DNA of 64,000 nucleotides, from the sequence record NC_019407.1; one strand, given 5' to 3'. Both the position numbers and the translations under genes were made by a program. Below are positions 8,904-18,305 of the stretch, piece after piece (positions within the stretch are counted from its first letter, which is position 1; the number at the start of each line of letters is the position of its first letter). The notes beneath the pieces were generated by a model. That model was not told the origin of the DNA. It searched no databases and saw only the letters and a program-made list of their open reading frames with translations.

Positions 8904-9291
8904 GGTCTTCCCGCCGATCCGCCCCCGCGAGGCCAGGGACGAGGAAATCCACGGCTTCGTCGTCCGCTACGGCTGGTTCTGGAACGTGACCCTGCTGAAC
9001 GGCACGATCCTGGCCTTCGATCCCGACGATGTCGACCCCTGCCGCTACGGCGTGACGGGCAAGGACGACTTCCGCAACCTCGCCGGCGCGCCCGAGACGA
9101 TCGCGTCCTACGAGTGCGTCCAGGGCTGGCACGCCAAGGCCAAGCACCTCTCGGGCTGGACCGAACGTCATGACGACCGGCTCGAAGCCCTGCGGACGGC
9201 CTATCGCCGCCTGGAGGAGCAGCGCGAGCGCAACAGCCGCGCCCTGGAGGAGCACGGCGGCATCTTCAAGTTTCTGGAAGGTCAGGACTGA
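8896..9291 (+). CDS. hypothetical protein
   Basis: Start moved to MSEVFPP; overlap chain. Confidence 0.75.
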   Translation: MSEVFPPIRPREARDEEIHGFVVRYGWFWNVTLLNGTILAFDPDDVDPCRYGVTGKDDFRNLAGAPETIASYECVQGWHAKAKHLSGWTERHDDRLEALRTAYRRLEEQRERNSRALEEHGGIFKFLEGQD

Positions 9292-9533
9292 TGCAGAGGA
9301 CCCTCCATTCGACCGGCCAGGAACTCTCGGTCAAGTTCAAGTTCCCCAATGAAAACCTGACCTTGACCGTGCATGCCGAACAGGACAGCCCGATGGCGTT
9401 CCTCTGGGTCGAAGGTCGCTCGGTCGACTATTTCGAGAAGCTCCTGAGCTTCGAGCCGGCCGATCTCGATCTCTTGATCGCCACCCTGTCCGAGGCGCGC
9501 AAGATGATCCGCGAGCGCGAGCCGCAGGTCTGA
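9291..9533 (+). CDS. hypothetical protein
   Basis: TGATG overlap chain. Confidence 0.75.
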   Translation: MQRTLHSTGQELSVKFKFPNENLTLTVHAEQDSPMAFLWVEGRSVDYFEKLLSFEPADLDLLIATLSEARKMIREREPQV

Positions 9534-9534
9534 C

Positions 9535-9789
9535 ATGCTGACCAAGGACGAGATCACCTTCGCGGGCCTGATCAAGGCCATGGAGGACGCCCGCCGCACC
9601 GCCAAGGCGGCGGGCGATCTCGTCAGCACGGCCGAGATCGACCGCTGGTTCAAGGAACACGCGCCGATCATCCGGGAGGTCCGCGACAAGGCCGAGGCCG
9701 ACGAATTCGACGCTGGCGCGAGAGTGTTGACAACCTCTGAGGAAGGGGCTAAAGACACCCTCGACGACAGCGAAAGGAGCCTGCCTTGA
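9535..9789 (+). CDS. hypothetical protein
   Basis: 84 aa; the 3' end overlaps the next promoter. Confidence 0.7.
   Translation: MLTKDEITFAGLIKAMEDARRTAKAAGDLVSTAEIDRWFKEHAPIIREVRDKAEADEFDAGARVLTTSEEGAKDTLDDSERSLP
9727..9771 (+). promoter_or_regulatory. class-B promoter cassette
   Basis: TTGACA-N17-TAAAGA-N7-GACGACAGC, then AAGGAG. Confidence 0.8.
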
Positions 9790-10805
9790 CCGACTTCCCG
9801 ATCATCCGCGCCGCCATCTCGCCCCGCCGGGCCGCCCAATTCGACGCCGCCCTGGCGAACGTGAAGGCCTTCACCGAGGAAGGCGTCCTGATCAAGGCCG
9901 AGTGGAACGACATCAAGGACACGTTCAGCCGCGCGATCGCCGAGACCTGGGACGCGTTCAAGGACAAGGAATACTACCCCCGCGCCCGCCAGGGCGAGCA
10001 CGAGAACGTCGGCAAGCTCTACTGGGAGCTTCTGAGCCCCTACCCCCATGTCCTGGCCGGCTATCTGAAGAAGGTCCAGAACGCCAAGAACATCGAGCCG
10101 GCGATCCTGCGCGACTTCCCGATCGCCTTCTTCAGCGAGGCCCTGCCGCTCAACGACATGCTGGTCGCCCTGAAGCCGCTGATCGGCAAGCGCGCGCCGA
10201 AGAAGACCAAGGTCCAGATCGAGCGCGAGGGCAAGGAGCGGACCTGTCAGGTCTGCGGTCGCGGCATCCTGGCCGAGAACGGTCGGATCGCCCACCATGG
10301 CTATCAGCGCCCCGGCATGGGCTATCAGACCCCCTCGTGCAGCGGCGCCCTGGAACTGCCCTTCGAGATCAGCCGCGACGCCCTGGGCGCCGACATCGAA
10401 AACCTCAAGGCCTATCGCGCCCGCCGGCAGACCTATCGCTCCGACGTCAACCTGGAACTGGTCAGCCTGCCGGTCAAGTATCAGGTCTCCGAGCAGGACC
10501 CGCGCCGCGCGCCGGGCTTCAAGCACGTGGTCGACAAGATGATCCACGTCACCCGCGCCGACTGGGACGCCCAGAAGGCCGAAACCCCCGAGGCCTTCGC
10601 CGGCAAGTACGGGCCGCGCAAGCCCAACTACACCTACGAGCCCTTCACCTTCGACGCCCTGAAGGCCCAGGTCCTGGGCGTGGTCGACGGCGAGATCGAG
10701 TTCATCACCGGCACGATCCGGGCGCAGCAGAAGCGCTATGACGACTGGAAGCAGACGATGGAGTTCGTCGATGGCCAGTACCGGATGCTGGAGGTCGCGG
10801 CTTGA
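9786..10805 (+). CDS. hypothetical protein with a putative Zn-binding motif
   Basis: 339 aa, TTG start; CQVC...HHG...C motif. Confidence 0.82.
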   Translation: MTDFPIIRAAISPRRAAQFDAALANVKAFTEEGVLIKAEWNDIKDTFSRAIAETWDAFKDKEYYPRARQGEHENVGKLYWELLSPYPHVLAGYLKKVQNAKNIEPAILRDFPIAFFSEALPLNDMLVALKPLIGKRAPKKTKVQIEREGKERTCQVCGRGILAENGRIAHHGYQRPGMGYQTPSCSGALELPFEISRDALGADIENLKAYRARRQTYRSDVNLELVSLPVKYQVSEQDPRRAPGFKHVVDKMIHVTRADWDAQKAETPEAFAGKYGPRKPNYTYEPFTFDALKAQVLGVVDGEIEFITGTIRAQQKRYDDWKQTMEFVDGQYRMLEVAA

Positions 10806-10840
10806 GCGGCGTCGACACCGAAAGCTACAAGGAGGTCCGC

Positions 10841-11002
10841 ATGCTGACGCTTCAGGCCGCCGCGCTTCTCACGCGCCTCGTCGCCGAACGGGACGCGGCC
10901 AGCGGCGCGCATAAGACCGGCATGCGTAAGCTCGTCCTCAAGGCCGAGGAGGCTTACAACGCCTGCTTGAGCATGGAAGAACTCATGGACGGAGCCGTCT
11001 GA
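10841..11002 (+). CDS. small hypothetical protein
   Basis: ATG after AAGGAGG. Confidence 0.7.
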   Translation: MLTLQAAALLTRLVAERDAASGAHKTGMRKLVLKAEEAYNACLSMEELMDGAV

Positions 11003-11397
11003 TGCGCTTCACCTCCCAGACCCAGCCCCACTGCCGCTGCTGCGCCAAGCCGATCAAGAAGCACACCCGCCGGCACTATTTCGGCTCCAGGGAAGCCAAG
11101 GACAACGGTTGGTCGCTCGACCGGATCGAGACCCCGATGTCGGAGGACGAACTGCGCCGGCTGGTGAACGGTCATATCGTCTCGTTCGCCTGGAGCCACG
11201 ACGTCACCTACGACGCCAACTACAAGGCCGTGCGGAAGAAGACCCACATCGCCTGGGCCAACGTCTGGGACGGCGAGACCTACGAGGACGGTTATTTCTG
11301 CACCCTGCGGTGCGCCGCCGCGTTCGGGAGCATGGTCGCCGAGCACTATCCCGATATCCACACCCAGGCCTACGCCGACTTCAAGGACAAGCGATGA
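11002..11397 (+). CDS. hypothetical Cys-rich protein
   Basis: CRCC and CTLRC motifs; overlap chain. Confidence 0.78.
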   Translation: MRFTSQTQPHCRCCAKPIKKHTRRHYFGSREAKDNGWSLDRIETPMSEDELRRLVNGHIVSFAWSHDVTYDANYKAVRKKTHIAWANVWDGETYEDGYFCTLRCAAAFGSMVAEHYPDIHTQAYADFKDKR

Positions 11398-12116
11398 ACG
11401 ACGAGATCAAGAGAACCCACGAGGCCTACGGGATCATCGGCTATAGCCACACCCAGGGCGACACCGATCTGGTCGGCGTCGACTACGCCCAGGGCCACTA
11501 TGTGACCCTGACGATCAAGACGGCCATCGCCTATGAGGGTGAGACCCATGACCGCTTCCACGGCGACAAGTACATCTGCAAGGTGGCGATGAGCGAGGTC
11601 CAGTGGGCCGCCTTCATCGCCAATCCGAACCGGGGTGACGGCGTGCCCTGCACCTTGCAGTTCTATCGCGATCCGCTGACCGGCGAGACCAAGCACCCGA
11701 AGTATCATCGCGAGCAAATGACCCGCGTCGAGCGCACCCGCGAGGCCGTCACCGCCCGCGCCATGGCCCTGTCGACCAAGGTCAAGGAGGCCCAGGCCGA
11801 GCTTCAGCGGCTGATGGACGGCGGCCCGATCAAGAAGGGTGATCTGAAGACGCTCAAGGACCTGCTCTACTTCGCCAACCAGGACATGGAGTCGAACCTC
11901 GGCTACTTCGTCGAGCGGGTGGAGGAGACCATCGACAAGGCGGTGGTCGACGCCAAGGCCCAGGTCGACGCCCATCTCGACTTCGTGGTTCGCGAACTAG
12001 GGGTGCGGGCTCTGGGCGCGCGGCTCCAGGAGGCCATCGACGCGGGCCATGATCCCGGCTCCGTGGGGCAGGCCCTGATCGGGCTCGTGGCGCCGCCGGA
12101 GGCAGACCCGACGTGA
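11394..12116 (+). CDS. hypothetical phage protein
   Basis: Start moved to MNDEIK; GDGVPCTL motif; coiled-coil C-terminal half. Confidence 0.82.
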   Translation: MNDEIKRTHEAYGIIGYSHTQGDTDLVGVDYAQGHYVTLTIKTAIAYEGETHDRFHGDKYICKVAMSEVQWAAFIANPNRGDGVPCTLQFYRDPLTGETKHPKYHREQMTRVERTREAVTARAMALSTKVKEAQAELQRLMDGGPIKKGDLKTLKDLLYFANQDMESNLGYFVERVEETIDKAVVDAKAQVDAHLDFVVRELGVRALGARLQEAIDAGHDPGSVGQALIGLVAPPEADPT

Positions 12117-12358
12117 GCCGCCGGTTCCTCAACCGCTGGGCCGAGGCGGTCGACGGCTCGCCCCAGTCCAAGCCCTTCCGGACCAAGGGCCTGTCGTTCG
12201 CCCATGCCCGCAGGACGGCGCGGGAGACCCAAGGGGTCGTCGCCGTCGAACACCAAGAACCCGTCAGCGACGCCTCGCCCAACTGGGCGGTGATCGAGCG
12301 CTGGGAATTCTATCCCGACGGCCGTGAGCGCCGCACCCTCAAGCTGGAGACCGTCTGA
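12113..12358 (+). CDS. hypothetical protein
   Basis: GTGA overlap. Confidence 0.7.
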   Translation: MSRRFLNRWAEAVDGSPQSKPFRTKGLSFAHARRTARETQGVVAVEHQEPVSDASPNWAVIERWEFYPDGRERRTLKLETV

Positions 12359-12359
12359 C

Positions 12360-12857
12360 ATGACCCGCAGCACCGCCGACATCATCGCCCGCATCAAGGT
12401 CCTGGAGGAGGACCCCACCGACTTCTTCGGCTTCCAGGCCAATGATCTGGTCTGCTACCTGCCGTTCGAGGCCGCCAAGCCTTGGCTGAATGAAAACGCA
12501 ACGCCCGAGGTCTGGACGCCCAACGTCAACACTCCCGAGGCGATCAAGCAGGTCATCCTCGACTACATGGAGTTCGCCTGGGACAAGGCCAACAACCGGC
12601 GCGGCCTGTCGGCCGGGCGCTCGCTCGACCACATGAAGGCGTGGCTCTGGATGCTGGACGAGGACGCGGCCTGGGTCGCGGCCCTGAAGCTCTCCGACTA
12701 CACCCACTACGGCAAGCCGCAGCTTCGCGCGATCTGCAAGCGTTTCGGCTGGGACTGGACCGCCTGGGACGACGGCGCCTGGGGCAACAGCGAACACCGC
12801 GAAATCGACGTCAGGCCCGAGGACGTCCCCGAGGTCGGGATCGTCGAGCCGGCCTGA
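12360..12857 (+). CDS. hypothetical phage protein
   Basis: Start moved to MTRSTAD; YMEFAWDKANNRRGLSAGRS motif. Confidence 0.82.
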   Translation: MTRSTADIIARIKVLEEDPTDFFGFQANDLVCYLPFEAAKPWLNENATPEVWTPNVNTPEAIKQVILDYMEFAWDKANNRRGLSAGRSLDHMKAWLWMLDEDAAWVAALKLSDYTHYGKPQLRAICKRFGWDWTAWDDGAWGNSEHREIDVRPEDVPEVGIVEPA

Positions 12858-12878
12858 ATCTTTCCTGGCGCGAAAGTG

Positions 12879-12924
12879 TTGACAAGGTTCTGGGAACTCC
12901 TCTATACCCACGCTCGACGACAAC
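12879..12924 (+). promoter_or_regulatory. class-B promoter cassette
   Basis: TTGACA-N18-TATACC-N7-GACGACAAC, then GAGGAG. Confidence 0.85.
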
Positions 12925-12937
12925 GAGAGGAGTTCCC

Positions 12938-14698
12938 ATGGCCGAGACCATGTCCCTGAGTTTCCGGATCGAAGGCGCCGCCCTGGTGGAACGGGCGCGC
13001 GATCGCGTCATCGAAGGTAACTGGGAGCACGGCCTGCGCATCCTGGTCGAGGGCCTGCACGGCATGTCCTACGAACTCGCGATCGACATCCTGCTCGGCA
13101 AGCACACCCTGGGCGGCTGGTCCTCGGACCCCGAGGGCGTCTATCTCACCGACCAGGACCCGGAGGACGAGACTTTCAAGCGCTACAAGAAAACCCTCGA
13201 CTACCAGTTCGCCGGCGTCTTCAAGCTGGACGACGGCCGGATCATGCGCCCCTACGCGGTGGTCGACAGCTTCTCCAAGATCGACTTCGACTCTAGGGTC
13301 CGCTTCCTGCGGCTGGCCCAGGGCTCGGACCCGGTGTTCTCGCGCCCCAAGCGCTATCACGACCCCCGCGCCGAGATCAACGGCGAGGAGATCGACTGGG
13401 CCTATCGCGCCCTGCACTACGCCGACGAGCCGACCCAGGACATCGTCCGTCTGGTCCGCATGGAGGGCTTCCACCCCACGATCCGGGCGGCGGTCCTGTT
13501 CAAGGAAGTCCGCGACTACCCCAAGCTCCTGCTCCCGAAGGTCGAGACCGACGCCCAGAAGGCCGTCGACGTGGCGATCAAGGCCCAGCGTGGTCTCTCC
13601 AAGCGCGGGCACGTCTACGAGTATGGCGCTGGTCAGGACTTCGACAAGGAGCACTACAAGACCACCATGGGGATCGATCAGGTCCCCACCGCCTGGACCG
13701 TGCGCAATCCGAAGTACGTCGATCCCGACGCCAAGTTCGTGAAGGACACCCTGGCCGAGATCGACGGCGACAAGCGCCCGGCGCCGGCCGGTGATTACGC
13801 CGGCGCCATGAACCGGATGATCAAGGACGAGATGGACGGCGGCATGGACATCAGCGCGGCCGTCGCCATGACCCAGGCCAAGATGGCGCTGCTGGGCGGC
13901 ATGGCCGAGGACCCCGAGCAGCGCCTGCGGGCGATCAACGACGCCTACGCCGCCAAGTACGAGAAGGCCGAGGGCCGCAGCGTCGAGGAGTACCGCAAGG
14001 CCATCATCGCCCAGGCCGGCGATGATTTCTTCGATCTCGCGTACACGGATGTGAACGGCAAGGACGTCGTCCTGAAGGTCCCGACCGCGCCGTTCGAGCA
14101 GTGGGCGCTCTGGCGCACGGCCGGCTCCCACCTCGCCAAGCCCTGGAAGCGGGTGACCTACACCGGCTTCAAGACGTTCGGCGATGACCCCTATCACACC
14201 GACTGGGTGCTGGGCGCCGGGCTCAATCCCGAGGATTGGCCGATCATCGAGGCCGACAACCCGCCGCTCCACAAGGCCGCCTGGGACAAGCGCTTCCGGC
14301 TGGCCGAGGAGAAGCTGGGCGGCAACATGCGCGTCCTGCTCGGCAAGGGCTTCGTGACCGGCAAGATCGTGATGCTCAAGCCGGGCGAGGCCCTGTCACC
14401 GGGCGAGATCGGTGTGATCCGCAACGCCGGCCCCGACTACGTTCAGGCCGCCCAGAGCGCGATCGAGCACAACACCGCCTTGATCTGCGAGAACGGCGGC
14501 AGCGTCGCCCACCTCGTGGTCGAGTACCTGGACAAGCCCCTGCGCCTGACCCGGATCGAGAACGCGCGCAAGATTTTCAAGGACGGCATGACCGTCTACC
14601 TCGACTTTGACAAGTCGACGCGAGAGATCGCCAAGGGCGGCCTGGGGCCGAGCCCTGCCGATCTTGGCCTCGACACGGAATGGGAGATTTTCGAATGA
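12938..14698 (+). CDS. protein with a C-terminal PEP-utiliser mobile (phosphohistidine swivel) domain
   Basis: 586 aa from MAETMS; C-terminal GFVTGKIV...PGEIGVI...P...ALICENGGSVAH...DGMTVYLD resembles the PEP-utiliser mobile-domain pattern, with the His retained. Confidence 0.75.
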   Translation: MAETMSLSFRIEGAALVERARDRVIEGNWEHGLRILVEGLHGMSYELAIDILLGKHTLGGWSSDPEGVYLTDQDPEDETFKRYKKTLDYQFAGVFKLDDGRIMRPYAVVDSFSKIDFDSRVRFLRLAQGSDPVFSRPKRYHDPRAEINGEEIDWAYRALHYADEPTQDIVRLVRMEGFHPTIRAAVLFKEVRDYPKLLLPKVETDAQKAVDVAIKAQRGLSKRGHVYEYGAGQDFDKEHYKTTMGIDQVPTAWTVRNPKYVDPDAKFVKDTLAEIDGDKRPAPAGDYAGAMNRMIKDEMDGGMDISAAVAMTQAKMALLGGMAEDPEQRLRAINDAYAAKYEKAEGRSVEEYRKAIIAQAGDDFFDLAYTDVNGKDVVLKVPTAPFEQWALWRTAGSHLAKPWKRVTYTGFKTFGDDPYHTDWVLGAGLNPEDWPIIEADNPPLHKAAWDKRFRLAEEKLGGNMRVLLGKGFVTGKIVMLKPGEALSPGEIGVIRNAGPDYVQAAQSAIEHNTALICENGGSVAHLVVEYLDKPLRLTRIENARKIFKDGMTVYLDFDKSTREIAKGGLGPSPADLGLDTEWEIFE

Positions 14699-14991
14699 GC
14701 GAGAAGTGGCAACCGGTGGAGGAAGCCGCCAATAACCTCTCCGGCTGGAACGTGCGCTCGGCCCAGATGGCGGTCGCCGGCGGGACCCTCTATCGGACGA
14801 TCGTCTCGCGCGACAGCCAGGGCGCCGCGCCGGCGGTGAGCACCACCTTCGTCCCGGACGCCGCGCCGCAGTTCACCGTCCAGGTGACCGACGAGGACCT
14901 CCGGAGCCTTGCCGAGTGCAAGGACGTCGCCAGGGCGCGCAGCCTGTTCCGGGGCATCCTGAAGGCCCACGGCCTGGAGATCATCGCCTAG
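14695..14991 (+). CDS. hypothetical protein
   Basis: MAVAGGTLYR...TFVP motif, similar to 7297-7476. Confidence 0.78.
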   Translation: MSEKWQPVEEAANNLSGWNVRSAQMAVAGGTLYRTIVSRDSQGAAPAVSTTFVPDAAPQFTVQVTDEDLRSLAECKDVARARSLFRGILKAHGLEIIA

Positions 14992-15216
14992 ATGCCGGTC
15001 TACGAACTCTCCGTCACCGCGATCCACCGCGACACCGTCACGATCGAGGCCGATAGCGAGGAGGCGGCCCGCGCCCGCATCCTCGAAGAAGGCTATGCCA
15101 ATGGGGACGACATAAAGTCGGTTCACCACGATGTCGATCCGGAGATCGAGATCGGCGACGCGCGCGATGTGACGGACGAGCAGTGGATCATCAGCACCTC
15201 GGACGAGGAGGACTAA
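14992..15216 (+). CDS. small acidic hypothetical protein (DpnD/PcfM-like pattern)
   Basis: VTIEADSEEAARARI pattern. Confidence 0.7.
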   Translation: MPVYELSVTAIHRDTVTIEADSEEAARARILEEGYANGDDIKSVHHDVDPEIEIGDARDVTDEQWIISTSDEED

Positions 15217-15726
15217 ATGGCCGACTTCAGCCGCGCCCGCCGGTCCATGGAGACCGCCGACCTGATCGAACGCCTCAAGGCCCTCTACGACCTGGAGGAC
15301 GCCCGCGATATCCCAGACGAGGAGACCAAGGCCGCCTTGAAGGAGGCGGTGGTCCATCTTGGGAGCCTGCATGCGCAGGTCGAGGCCGAGCGCGCCATGG
15401 TCAAGACGGTCATGGACCAGTCCCAGGGCTACAAGACTCTGCTCCTGACGGCGTCTGAGGACCCGGACTTCAAGCGGGCGGCCTCGCAAATTCGCCTGAT
15501 GGATACCTATCCCCCGCGTCTGCGGGTGGCTGTCAACACCTTCCAGAGGGCGATGGACGAGGCCGGACATCTCTCGGGGCCGGAGGGCCGCAAGATCAAC
15601 GACCTGATCCAGGGCCATCTCCAACATGACCTCGCCGGCGTCATGGGGATGTCGATGAGCTACAATATCCGCGCCGCCGTCGCCGCGCTTCACGGCCTTC
15701 CGACCCCGGAGTCCAAGACCGAATGA
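15217..15726 (+). CDS. hypothetical protein
   Basis: SD GAGGAGG; packed chain. Confidence 0.8.
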   Translation: MADFSRARRSMETADLIERLKALYDLEDARDIPDEETKAALKEAVVHLGSLHAQVEAERAMVKTVMDQSQGYKTLLLTASEDPDFKRAASQIRLMDTYPPRLRVAVNTFQRAMDEAGHLSGPEGRKINDLIQGHLQHDLAGVMGMSMSYNIRAAVAALHGLPTPESKTE

Positions 15727-15935
15727 GCCGTCGCTACACCGGCCCGCGCTTCTGGATCGAGGAGGACGGACGCGTCCACAAAATCCTCGACGGGGTCTCC
15801 GAGGTCGTCACCACCCTGACCGGGGACGAATTGAAGCTCCTGCGGGCCTGTGGCTGGCGGATCGGCTCGTCCACCCGTCGCTACGCCTACAACCCCGCCC
15901 ACCTTCTCCGCAACGCCCTGGGAGCCGCCAAATGA
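15723..15935 (+). CDS. hypothetical protein
   Basis: ATGA overlap. Confidence 0.72.
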   Translation: MSRRYTGPRFWIEEDGRVHKILDGVSEVVTTLTGDELKLLRACGWRIGSSTRRYAYNPAHLLRNALGAAK

Positions 15936-16504
15936 TCGATCCGAAAGCCAAACTCGCCGACCAAGTCGCCGGCCTCGGCCGTGACGGCGCCCGGCTCTGC
16001 GCCGAGGTACAGGAGCGATGCACCAACAACATCGCCGACGCCGTGCTGGAATTCGTCGCCGACGCCGAGACGATTATCGAGCGCCAGCAAAAGCGCGTCG
16101 ATGAACTCCAGGCCTCGACGGGGCGGCGGATGCACGTCGAGCGGGCCTATCTGCGGGTGATCCAGGAGTTCATCGCCGCCAAGCGCCTGCCGAGCCTGTC
16201 GGCGTTCCATGACGCGGTCGGCATGCTCCAGGCCCAGACCGAGCAGATGAACGGCGACATCGAGCGGCTCGCGGCCTACCTCCGCCAACTGGACCGGCGC
16301 GCCATGGACCCCAAGCTGAAGGACCTCGTGGAGCACCTGGACTTCTACATCTTCCACGAGTTGATGCGGAAGATACACTATATCGAGCATTTCGTCCTGC
16401 GAGACGCCCGCCTCGCCCTGGTCAGCCTGACCGAGGCCGACTTCGGGCGGATGGGGCTGGGCGAGCGGCCCGAGCCCCCGGTCAGCCAGGACATGCCGTC
16501 ATGA
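15932..16504 (+). CDS. hypothetical helical protein
   Basis: ATGA overlap. Confidence 0.78.
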   Translation: MIDPKAKLADQVAGLGRDGARLCAEVQERCTNNIADAVLEFVADAETIIERQQKRVDELQASTGRRMHVERAYLRVIQEFIAAKRLPSLSAFHDAVGMLQAQTEQMNGDIERLAAYLRQLDRRAMDPKLKDLVEHLDFYIFHELMRKIHYIEHFVLRDARLALVSLTEADFGRMGLGERPEPPVSQDMPS

Positions 16505-16731
16505 TCGAGCACGTCTGGCGCCGTGATCCGCGCGGTCCCGCCTATGGCTTCCAGCGCCTGGACCTGGACGAGGCCCTGAAGATCGTCGCGGTCGAGAAGC
16601 AGGACTTCCTCCTCCATCTGGTCGCGGTCTTGCACGAGAACAACCTCCTGCGCGACGCCGACGTCATGGAACTGCTCGGCAAGGGCTGGGCGCTCGACTC
16701 CTACGACCTCCATCACATCGACGACGATTAG
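16501..16731 (+). CDS. hypothetical protein
   Basis: ATGA overlap. Confidence 0.75.
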   Translation: MIEHVWRRDPRGPAYGFQRLDLDEALKIVAVEKQDFLLHLVAVLHENNLLRDADVMELLGKGWALDSYDLHHIDDD

Positions 16732-16734
16732 GCG

Positions 16735-16779
16735 TTGACAACACTCTCGCGCCAACATAGAACCGCCCTCGACGACAAC
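16735..16779 (+). promoter_or_regulatory. class-B promoter cassette
   Basis: TTGACA-N17-TAGAAC-N7-GACGACAAC, then GAGGAGG. Confidence 0.88.
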
Positions 16780-16791
16780 GAGGAGGCTTCG

Positions 16792-17175
16792 ATGAAACTC
16801 GCGACCCAAGACCGCACCGATCCGCGCCTGAACGCGCGCTACCGTCTCGCCAAGGCGGTGTTCTATTACGGCGGCCCGCACGAGTACCCGATCCACCTGA
16901 ACGACTGGTGGAACGAGGTGACGCCGGCCGACGTCGAGGACCGCATCTCCGAACTCTGCCGCGAACTGTCCAAGCTGTCGGGCCAGACCCTGGCGCCGGC
17001 GACCTTCTACGAGCGGATGAAGCTGGGCTTCGTCGACCTCCCGGAAGTGAAGGACGAGGACTTCGCCGCCCTGTCGGAGACGACCCGCAACAACCTGCTC
17101 GCCATGCAGGACCGCTTCTCGGTCCACGGGAGCGGCTTCATGCTCTACTGGAACATCGTCAAAGAGGAGGCCTGA
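16792..17175 (+). CDS. hypothetical protein
   Basis: Start moved to MKLATQD after GAGGAGG. Confidence 0.82.
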   Translation: MKLATQDRTDPRLNARYRLAKAVFYYGGPHEYPIHLNDWWNEVTPADVEDRISELCRELSKLSGQTLAPATFYERMKLGFVDLPEVKDEDFAALSETTRNNLLAMQDRFSVHGSGFMLYWNIVKEEA

Positions 17176-17178
17176 GCC

Positions 17179-17538
17179 TTGGATCGCAACGACCCCGCCC
17201 AGCCCATGTGCAAGATCGCCGTCCTGGCCGGCCCCCTGTGGGAGGTCGACACCGACAACTGCGAGACCTTGCTGGTCCCGATCAAGGACGTCCCGCACCC
17301 CTGCGCCGAGAACTTCCAGGACGAGATCGACATGGCCTTCAACATGAGCGGCGAGGCCATGGACTGGCGCCGCGTCGAGGGCTACGCCGCCGTCCTGCGC
17401 GATCCTCGCGGCGCGGACATGTCGCCCGTCGAGGGGCCGTTCGCGACCGCCGAGGAGGCTTTCGCCTACGTCAAGGATCAGTGGAGCGACCGCGTCCCCG
17501 GCTCGATGGGGCTGGCGCCCTACGAGGCCCCGCAATGA
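17179..17538 (+). CDS. hypothetical protein
   Basis: TTG start after GAGGAGG. Confidence 0.75.
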   Translation: MDRNDPAQPMCKIAVLAGPLWEVDTDNCETLLVPIKDVPHPCAENFQDEIDMAFNMSGEAMDWRRVEGYAAVLRDPRGADMSPVEGPFATAEEAFAYVKDQWSDRVPGSMGLAPYEAPQ

Positions 17539-17804
17539 TCAAGGTGACGCGCGGCATGACCTGGGCTGACGCCGGCCGCTGCTCCAAGACCGACTGGACC
17601 GCGTGGCTCATCCCCGCCGGCCCGCTGATCGCGGCGCTGCCCTTCGCCGCCCTGACCGGCGCGTGCCTGTCGATCAAGGACCCGACCCACACCAATCTGG
17701 CCATCGCCTTGCTGCCCGGCGCGGCGATGCTCTTCAACGGCTGGATGGCGACGTTCGCCTTCGACCAGTTCCTGCGTGGACGGGCCGGCGAGGAGGTGCG
17801 CTGA
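17535..17804 (+). CDS. small membrane protein (2 TM)
   Basis: Start at MIKVTRG; two hydrophobic segments. Confidence 0.75.
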   Translation: MIKVTRGMTWADAGRCSKTDWTAWLIPAGPLIAALPFAALTGACLSIKDPTHTNLAIALLPGAAMLFNGWMATFAFDQFLRGRAGEEVR

Positions 17805-17805
17805 C

Positions 17806-18234
17806 ATGAAGCTCTTCATCATCATCCTGGCGGCGATCCTGTGGCTGGGCGACACCGCCCGCGCCCAGTCCCTGCCGTTCCGCCTGACCCAGCCGCTGAA
17901 CTACGGCAGTGATCTCCACTACACCGAGACGCGCGACGCGTCCGCCTCGCGCGAGCCGCTCAAGCGGGTGATCGTCGACCTGTCGCGCTCGTCCACGGTG
18001 GTCATCGAGCGGGCCTGGACCTATGCCGAACTCGCCGGCGCCCAGACGACCTGCGGCGAGATCGTCCTGAACGGCCGTCGTCAGAGATTCGTCCTCCAGG
18101 AAGGCCCCAAGACCGCCGTGATCGGCCCGGCGGTGCCCGCCTACTTCTGGTCGCTCGACGTGCCGGACTACCAGTTCCGCAACGCCGGGTGCCTGCGCGA
18201 CCGCGCCGCCCTGATCATCCCGCCGAGGTTCTGA
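17806..18234 (+). CDS. putative secreted protein
   Basis: MKLFIIILAAILWLGDTARA-Q is a Sec-type signal peptide with an AxA site. Confidence 0.75.
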   Translation: MKLFIIILAAILWLGDTARAQSLPFRLTQPLNYGSDLHYTETRDASASREPLKRVIVDLSRSSTVVIERAWTYAELAGAQTTCGEIVLNGRRQRFVLQEGPKTAVIGPAVPAYFWSLDVPDYQFRNAGCLRDRAALIIPPRF

Positions 18235-18250
18235 TCCTGGCGTTCTTGTG

Positions 18251-18295
18251 TTGACAAGGCCGGCGCCGCTGGCCTAGAACGTCGTGGACGACAAC
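18251..18295 (+). promoter_or_regulatory. class-B promoter cassette
   Basis: TTGACA-N18-TAGAAC-N6-GACGACAAC, then AGGAGGG. Confidence 0.85.
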
Positions 18296-18305
18296 AGGAG
18301 GGACC

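Noticed and set aside
12641-12937. N-terminal extensions given by the ORF track (for example 12641, 24450, 23726, 11109, 37496)
   Set aside because: They overlap upstream genes or promoters; internal starts with an SD or stop/start overlap fit better.
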